DNA of 46,728 nucleotides from a virus (Duplodnaviria; Heunggongvirae; Uroviricota; Caudoviricetes): IMG/VR virus record IMGVR_UViG_2568526103_000007; one strand, 5' to 3'. Shown piece by piece: positions 40,585 to 46,728 of this stretch (position 1 is its first letter; each line of letters starts with the position of its first letter). The notes under the pieces were generated by a model. It saw only the letters and a program-made list of their open reading frames with translations, ran no database searches and was not told where the DNA came from. The position numbers and the translations under genes were made by a program.

Positions 40585-43500
40585 ATGGGTAAAGGCAGCA
40601 GTAAGGGGCATACCCCGCGCGAAGCGAAGGACAACCTGAAGTCCACGCAGCTGCTGAGTGTGATCGATGCCATCAGCGAAGGGCCGGTTGAAGGTCCGGT
40701 GGATGGATTAAAAAGCGTGCTGCTGAACAGTACGCCGGTGCTGGACAGTGAGGGGAATACCAATATATCCGGCGTCACGGTGGTGTTCCGGGCCGGTGAG
40801 CAGGAGCAGTCACCGCCGGAGGGATTTGAATCCTCCGGCTCCGAGACGGTGCTGGGTACGGAAGTGAAATATGACACGCCGATCACCCGGACCATCACGT
40901 CGGCAAACATCGACCGTCTGCGCTTTACCTTCGGTGTACAGGCACTGGTGGAAACCACCTCAAAGGGAGACAGGAATCCGTCGGAAGTTCGCCTGCTGGT
41001 TCAGATACAGCGTAACGGTGGCTGGGTGACGGAAAAAGACATCACCATTAAGGGCAAAACCACCTCGCAGTATCTGGCCTCGGTGGTGGTGGATAACCTG
41101 CCGCCGCGCCCGTTTAATATCCGGATGCGCAGGATGACGCCGGACAGCACCACAGACCAGCTGCTGAACAAAACGCTCTGGTCGTCATACACCGAAATCA
41201 TCGATGTGAAACAGTGCTACCCGAACACGGCACTGGTTGGCGTGCAGGTGGACTCGGAGCAGTTCGGCAGCCAGCAGGTGAGCCGTAATTATCATCTTCG
41301 CGGGCGCATTCTGCAGGTGCCGTCGAACTATAACCCGCAGACGCGGCAATACAGCGGTATCTGGGACGGAACGTTAAAACCGGCATACAGCAACAACATG
41401 GCCTGGTGTCTGTGGGATATGCTGACCCATCCGCGCTACGGCATGGGGAAACGTCTTGGTGCGGCGGATGTGGATAAATGGGCGCTGTATGTCATCGGCC
41501 AGTACTGCGACCAGTCGGTGCCGGACGGCTTTGGCGGCACGGAGCCGCGCATTACCTGTAATGCGTACCTGACCACACAGCGCAAGGCGTGGGATGTGCT
41601 CAGTGATTTCTGCTCGGCGATGCGCTGTATGCCGGTATGGAACGGGCAGACGCTGACGTTCGTGCAGGACCGACCATCAGATAAGGTGTGGACCTATAAC
41701 CGCAGTAATGTGGTGATGCCGGATGATGGCGCGCCGTTCCGCTACAGCTTCAGCGCCCTGAAGGACCGCCATAATGCCGTTGAGGTGAACTGGATTGACC
41801 CGGATAACGGCTGGGAGACGGCGACAGAGCTCGTGGAGGATACGCAGGCCATTGCCCGTTACGGCCGTAACGTCACGAAGATGGATGCCTTTGGCTGTAC
41901 CAGCCGGGGGCAGGCACACCGCGCCGGGCTGTGGCTGATTAAAACGGAGCTGCTGGAAACGCAGACCGTGGACTTCAGCGTGGGTGCTGAAGGGCTTCGC
42001 CATGTACCGGGGGATGTCATTGAAATCTGCGATGATGACTATGCCGGTATCAGCACCGGTGGTCGTGTGCTGGCGGTGAACAGCCAGACCCGGACGCTGA
42101 CGCTCGACCGTGAAATCACGCTGCCATCCTCCGGTACCACGCTGATAAGCCTGGTTGACGGAAGTGGCAATCCGGTCAGCGTGGAGGTTCAGTCCGTCAC
42201 CGACGGCGTGAAGGTGAAAGTGAGCCGTGTTCCTGACGGTGTTGCTGAATACAGCGTATGGGGGCTGAAGCTGCCGACGCTGCGCCAGCGACTGTTCCGC
42301 TGCGTGAGTATCCGTGAAAACGACGACGGCACGTATGCCATCACCGCCGTGCAGCATGTGCCGGAAAAAGAGACCATCGTGGATAACGGGGCGCACTTTG
42401 ACGGCGAACAGAGTGGCACGGTGAATGGTGTCACGCCGCCCGCGGTGCAGCACCTGACCGCAGAAGTCACCGCAGACAGCGGGGAATATCAGGTGCTGGC
42501 GCGATGGGACACACCGAAGGTGGTGAAGGGGGTGAGCTTTATGCTTCGCCTGACCGTGGCAGCGGATGACGGCAGTGAGCGGCTGGTCAGCACGGCCAGG
42601 ACGACGGAAACCACATACCGCTTCAGGCAACTGGCGCTGGGGAACTACAGGCTGACAGTCCGGGCGGTAAATGCGTGGGGGCAGCAGGGGGATCCGGCGT
42701 CGGTATCGTTCCGGATTGCCGCACCGGCAGCGCCATCGCGGATTGAGCTGACGCCGGGCTATTTTCAGATAACCGCAACGCCGCATCTTGCCGTTTATGA
42801 TCCGACGGTACAGTTTGAGTTCTGGTTCTCGGAAAAGCGGATTGCGGATATCAGGCAGGTTGAAGCCAGCGCGCGTTATCTTGGTACGGCGCTGTACTGG
42901 ATAGCCGCCAGTATCAATATCAAACCGGGCCATGATTATTATTTTTACATTCGCAGTGTGAACACCGTTGGCAAATCGGCATTTGTGGAGGCTGTTGGCC
43001 AGCCGAGTGATGATGCATCCGGCTATCTGGATTTTTTCAAAGGAGAGATAGGGAAAACCCATCTGGCTCAGGAGTTGTGGACGCAGATTGATAACGGTCA
43101 GCTTGCGCCTGACCTGGCTGAAATCAGGACGTCCATTACGGATGTCAGCAATGAAATCACGCAGACCGTCAATAAGAAACTGGAAGACCAGAGTGCAGCG
43201 ATCCAGCAGATACAGAAGGTTCAGGTTGATACAAATAATAACCTGAACAGCATGTGGGCTGTGAAGCTGCAGCAGATGCAGGACGGACGCCTTTATATCG
43301 CGGGTATTGGTGCCGGTATTGAGAATACCCCTGACGGTATGCAGAGTCAGGTGCTGCTGGCGGCGGACAGGATTGCGATGATTAATCCTGCGAATGGCAA
43401 TACAAAGCCGATGTTTGTTGGGCAGGGCGATCAGATATTCATGAACGAAGTGTTCCTGAAATATCTGACGGCTCCCACCATTACCAGCGGTGGCAATCCC

Positions 43501-44067
43501 CCAACGTTTTCACTGACACCTGATGGTCGACTTTCTGCGAGAAATGCGGATATCAGCGGTAACGTGAATGCGAACTCCGGGACGCTCAATAATGTCACGA
43601 TTAACCAGAACTGTCGGATTCTGGGAAAACTGTCAGCTAACCAGATTGAAGGTGATATTGTCAAAACGGTGGGAAAAGCCTTTCCGAGAAATGGCAGTTA
43701 TGCCAGCGGTACAATAACGGTCACTGTGTACGATGACCAGGCTTTTGACCGTCAGATAGTCGTCCCCCCCGTTCTGTTTCGCGGTGGTAAGCATGAAAAC
43801 TTCAACAGCAACAACCAACAGTCATACTGGTATTCAACCTGTAAGCTGCAGGTGCTGAAGAACGGACAGGAAATCTTTCAGCAACCCGCGACGGATGTCA
43901 GCAGGGTATTTTCATCAGTCATTGATATGCCTGCCGGACACGGCCATGTCACCCTGACTTTCAATGTTTCTTCATATGGTGCAAATAACTGGACGCCAAC
44001 GACCAGTATCAGCGACCTTCTTGTTGTCGTGATGAAGAAATCAACAGCCGGCATCAGTATCAGTTGA
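40585..44067 (+). CDS. J: Central tail fibre / host-specificity protein J
   Basis: 1160-aa ORF with lambda gpJ-like N-terminal and central regions (fibronectin-III-like repeats); 28 aa longer than lambda J (1132 aa). Confidence 0.9.
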   Translation: MGKGSSKGHTPREAKDNLKSTQLLSVIDAISEGPVEGPVDGLKSVLLNSTPVLDSEGNTNISGVTVVFRAGEQEQSPPEGFESSGSETVLGTEVKYDTPITRTITSANIDRLRFTFGVQALVETTSKGDRNPSEVRLLVQIQRNGGWVTEKDITIKGKTTSQYLASVVVDNLPPRPFNIRMRRMTPDSTTDQLLNKTLWSSYTEIIDVKQCYPNTALVGVQVDSEQFGSQQVSRNYHLRGRILQVPSNYNPQTRQYSGIWDGTLKPAYSNNMAWCLWDMLTHPRYGMGKRLGAADVDKWALYVIGQYCDQSVPDGFGGTEPRITCNAYLTTQRKAWDVLSDFCSAMRCMPVWNGQTLTFVQDRPSDKVWTYNRSNVVMPDDGAPFRYSFSALKDRHNAVEVNWIDPDNGWETATELVEDTQAIARYGRNVTKMDAFGCTSRGQAHRAGLWLIKTELLETQTVDFSVGAEGLRHVPGDVIEICDDDYAGISTGGRVLAVNSQTRTLTLDREITLPSSGTTLISLVDGSGNPVSVEVQSVTDGVKVKVSRVPDGVAEYSVWGLKLPTLRQRLFRCVSIRENDDGTYAITAVQHVPEKETIVDNGAHFDGEQSGTVNGVTPPAVQHLTAEVTADSGEYQVLARWDTPKVVKGVSFMLRLTVAADDGSERLVSTARTTETTYRFRQLALGNYRLTVRAVNAWGQQGDPASVSFRIAAPAAPSRIELTPGYFQITATPHLAVYDPTVQFEFWFSEKRIADIRQVEASARYLGTALYWIAASINIKPGHDYYFYIRSVNTVGKSAFVEAVGQPSDDASGYLDFFKGEIGKTHLAQELWTQIDNGQLAPDLAEIRTSITDVSNEITQTVNKKLEDQSAAIQQIQKVQVDTNNNLNSMWAVKLQQMQDGRLYIAGIGAGIENTPDGMQSQVLLAADRIAMINPANGNTKPMFVGQGDQIFMNEVFLKYLTAPTITSGGNPPTFSLTPDGRLSARNADISGNVNANSGTLNNVTINQNCRILGKLSANQIEGDIVKTVGKAFPRNGSYASGTITVTVYDDQAFDRQIVVPPVLFRGGKHENFNSNNQQSYWYSTCKLQVLKNGQEIFQQPATDVSRVFSSVIDMPAGHGHVTLTFNVSSYGANNWTPTTSISDLLVVVMKKSTAGISIS

Positions 44068-44085
44068 ATTTTAAAACCCAAATTC

Positions 44086-44112
44086 GGGCACCAGAAATGG
44101 TGCCTTTTTTAT
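44086..44112 (+). terminator. Intrinsic terminator between J and the side tail fibre gene
   Basis: GGCACC-agaaat-GGTGCC followed by TTTTTTATTT. Confidence 0.55.
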
Positions 44113-44125
44113 TTGTGGAGTGAAT

Positions 44126-46147
44126 ATGGCAGTACAGATTTCAGGTGTGCTGAAAGACGGTGCAGGAAAACCGATACAGAACTGCACCATTCAGCTCAAA
44201 GCAAAACGTAACAGCACCACAGTTGTGGTGAACACGGTGGCCTCAGAAAATCCGGATGAAGCCGGACGTTACAGCATGGATGTTGAGTATGGCCAGTACA
44301 GCGTCGCCCTGCTGGTTGAAGGTTTTCCGCCTTCACATGCCGGGACCATCACCGTGTATGAGGATTCTAAGCCGGGGACATTGAATGATTTTCTGGGCGC
44401 TGCAACAGAAGATGATGTTTGTCCGGAGGCACTGTATCGTTTTGAAAAGATGGTGGAAGAGGCGGCACGCAACGCTGAAGCCGCCTCTCAGAGCGCAGCG
44501 GCAGCAAAGAAATCAGAAACAGCAGCGGCATCGTCCAGGAACGCGGCGAAAACATCAGAGACGAATGCAGGTAACAGCGCGAAAGCGGCAGCTTCTTCAA
44601 AAACAGCCGCACAAAACGCAGCAACAGCGGCAGAACGTTCAGAGACAAATGCCCGTGCGTCAGAAGAAGCCTCCGCAGACAGTGAAGAGGCTTCCCGCCG
44701 TAATGCAGAGTCAGCCGCTGAAAATGCCGGAGTCGCCACCACAAAAGCGCGGGAGGCCGCAGCAGACGCAACAAAGGCCGGGCAGAAAAAGGATGAGGCT
44801 CTGTCGGCAGCGACACGAGCTGAAAAGGCGGCAGACCGCGCAGAAGCCGCAGCGGAAGTGACTGCAGAGCCCTGTGCGAATATAGTGCCGCCGCTGCCTG
44901 ATGTGTGGATACCGTTTAACGATTCACTGGATATGATTACGGGTTTTTCGCCATCTTATAAAAAGATAGTTATTGGTGACGATGAAATAACAATGCCAGG
45001 CGACAAGATTGTTAAGTTTAAACGTGCTTCAACAGCAACGTATATTAATAAGTCCGGCCAACTCAAGCTTGCTGAAGTTGACGAACCGCGATTTGAGCGC
45101 GATGGCTTATTGATTGAAGGACAGAGGACAAATTATCTGAGGAACTCAAATAAACCAGACTCATGGACTGTTCATTCCGCACTGAATAAAACATTTGGCA
45201 CTGATAAACAGGGGTTCAATTATGCCACGGTGACACCCACGGAAAGTATAGTGGGAACAACAGGTGGCTATACTGTGCATGGTGTGGTTGCAGCAGACAG
45301 ATTCCCGCTGGCAAGTGGTGAATGTTTCACTTTTTCGTGCCGGGTTAAAGGCGCTAAAGCACGATGCAGGTTAAGAGTTTCAGTTATTATTGGTGGAACA
45401 GATACCTTCTCTGCTGACTCTTATCTTGATCTGGATACCCGGATCGCAACAGTAAGCGGTAATACATCCCTTATAACAGCCAAAGCTGAACAACAGGGCG
45501 AGTGGACCTACTATGAGGCCACTTATACAGCTAATACGGACATTGATACCGTTAACTGTGCTTTTTATATGACAAATAAAATAAGTAATGAGACATTCTA
45601 TGATGACTCAACATTAACCATGACGACGCCGCAAATTGAACTGGGCAATACGGCATCGTCATTTATTGTAACTACAATGCCAACAACACGCGCAAGTGAT
45701 GTAGTTACTATCCCATCGCAGAATAACCTGTCAACACGGCCTTTTACGGTATTGTGCGAAGTAAGCAGGAACTGGAGTACACCGCCCAATGTTGCGCCAA
45801 GGATATTTGATGTTGGAGGGCACAGTATTGATGATAATTATTTATCGCTGGGGTTTGTTGCAACAGGAAAGATAAGCGCCAACGTAGGAATGGTTCAGCC
45901 ACAAATTGCCTCAGATGGAGAAAGGTTCATTGTGGGTGTGAGAGCTAAATCTGATTTATCAGTAAATGCAATATGCAATGGTAATTATACAACAAACCTT
46001 AATGGTAAAATATTTGGAGTTACAGCAACATCGTACCGGTTTGGTGGGCAGACCGCAGCAGGAACGCGTCATTTGTTTGGACACATCAGAAATTTCAGAG
46101 TCTGGTTTAAAGAATTAAATGACAGGCAAATCAAGGAGGCAGTATGA
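44126..46147 (+). CDS. stf: Side tail fibre protein (Stf-like; lambda-type N-terminus, Ala/Ser-rich linker, divergent C-terminal domain)
   Basis: N-terminus MAVQISGVLKDGAGKPIQNCTIQLKAKRNSTTVVVNTVASENPDEAGRYSMDVEYGQYSV resembles lambda Stf; followed by ~150 aa of low-complexity A/S/E/T repeats and a ~430-aa distal domain I cannot match. Confidence 0.8.
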   Translation: MAVQISGVLKDGAGKPIQNCTIQLKAKRNSTTVVVNTVASENPDEAGRYSMDVEYGQYSVALLVEGFPPSHAGTITVYEDSKPGTLNDFLGAATEDDVCPEALYRFEKMVEEAARNAEAASQSAAAAKKSETAAASSRNAAKTSETNAGNSAKAAASSKTAAQNAATAAERSETNARASEEASADSEEASRRNAESAAENAGVATTKAREAAADATKAGQKKDEALSAATRAEKAADRAEAAAEVTAEPCANIVPPLPDVWIPFNDSLDMITGFSPSYKKIVIGDDEITMPGDKIVKFKRASTATYINKSGQLKLAEVDEPRFERDGLLIEGQRTNYLRNSNKPDSWTVHSALNKTFGTDKQGFNYATVTPTESIVGTTGGYTVHGVVAADRFPLASGECFTFSCRVKGAKARCRLRVSVIIGGTDTFSADSYLDLDTRIATVSGNTSLITAKAEQQGEWTYYEATYTANTDIDTVNCAFYMTNKISNETFYDDSTLTMTTPQIELGNTASSFIVTTMPTTRASDVVTIPSQNNLSTRPFTVLCEVSRNWSTPPNVAPRIFDVGGHSIDDNYLSLGFVATGKISANVGMVQPQIASDGERFIVGVRAKSDLSVNAICNGNYTTNLNGKIFGVTATSYRFGGQTAAGTRHLFGHIRNFRVWFKELNDRQIKEAV

Positions 46148-46422
46148 AAGATTTAACTTTGAAATTTCCTGGTAACAGAGAGTTTAAATCCTTCCTGTCA
46201 TCTCTTGACTGGGAGGAGGATGAAGACCTCCAGAATAAACTGTTAGTCGATGAAATTGGTTTCACCTACACAGAAACAGGGGTAACAGAAGAGGGAGAAC
46301 CTGTCTGTGTCCGGAATGACGGTTATTTTGTCAACATTCGCATTCTTGATGACTTGTTTGATGTTTCTGTATTCTCTGATTATGTCGTGGAGCTGGAAAC
46401 ACCGCTTCGGGAATGGAGCTGA
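46144..46422 (+). CDS. Hypothetical acidic protein after stf (position of a tail-fibre assembly gene)
   Basis: 92-aa ORF overlapping the stf stop by 4 nt (translational coupling); no similarity to lambda Tfa. Confidence 0.45.
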   Translation: MKDLTLKFPGNREFKSFLSSLDWEEDEDLQNKLLVDEIGFTYTETGVTEEGEPVCVRNDGYFVNIRILDDLFDVSVFSDYVVELETPLREWS

Positions 46423-46434
46423 AAGGAGGAAATA

Positions 46435-46728
46435 ATGGATATAAGCCCCTTACTTCATGCACTTTGTGCTGTGGCTGCGCAGATACTGGTTGGTCTTTTT
46501 ACCGGAAACTGGGCTTACGGAGCGATAGCCGGTTGTACGTTCTTCATTGCGCGTGAACATACCCAGGCAGAATATCGCTGGATTGAAATGTTCGGGCATG
46601 GCAAGCGAATGAATATGCCGTGGTGGGGCGGTTTTGATCCGCGAGCTTGGGATGTGGCAAGCCTGATGGATTTTGCTGTGCCGGTGGTGGCGTGTCTGCT
46701 GGTCTGGCTGTTGGTTAATCGTGGGTGA
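46435..46728 (+). CDS. Hypothetical small membrane protein (two or three hydrophobic segments)
   Basis: 97-aa ORF with AGGAGG RBS; hydrophobic N- and C-terminal segments (LLHALCAVAAQILVGLF, FAVPVVACLLVWLLV); stop codon is the last three bases of the window. Confidence 0.45.
   Translation: MDISPLLHALCAVAAQILVGLFTGNWAYGAIAGCTFFIAREHTQAEYRWIEMFGHGKRMNMPWWGGFDPRAWDVASLMDFAVPVVACLLVWLLVNRG

Noticed and set aside
41677-43062. 461-aa ORF on the minus strand inside J
   Set aside because: Completely nested antisense to a J gene that matches lambda J; GC-rich coding sequence is stop-codon-poor on the opposite strand; no RBS or homology signal.
44367-44861. Overlapping ORFs (84-158 aa) in alternative frames within the stf Ala/Ser-rich repeat region
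   Set aside because: Low-complexity repeat DNA gives open frames in several phases; only the stf frame continues into conserved N- and C-terminal domains.

Overview
This window is a nearly complete lambda-type (lambdoid) prophage of an enterobacterial host, running from the integrase stop codon (pos 1) to the side-tail-fibre region (pos 46728); attL and attR lie outside the window. By protein sequence and length, the Red recombination genes (exo, bet, gam), replication gene P, lysis genes (R, Rz/Rz1, bor), cos, and the whole head/tail block (nu1 to J, including the G-T frameshift site) are essentially phage-lambda genes. The integrase/excisionase, the immunity module (LexA-like cI repressor, YdaS-like Cro, YdaT-like CII analog), the N-terminal/iteron part of O, the nin region (ninB-ninE-ybcO-rusA-ylcG), Q and the holin are of other lambdoid types, so the genome is a mosaic. 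Accessory cargo: a 1183-aa inverse-autotransporter (intimin/invasin-like) adhesin and a secreted esterase sit between P and ninB, and the esterase is split by an IS66-family element with an 8-bp target duplication. A second, different IS66-family element splits a small TonB-C-like lipoprotein gene next to bor. No N, rexAB, lom, tfa, tRNA or CRISPR was seen. I did not find a recognisable defence or toxin system; the most unusual content is the adhesin moron. All identifications come from reading the translated ORFs against remembered reference proteins; no database search was possible.
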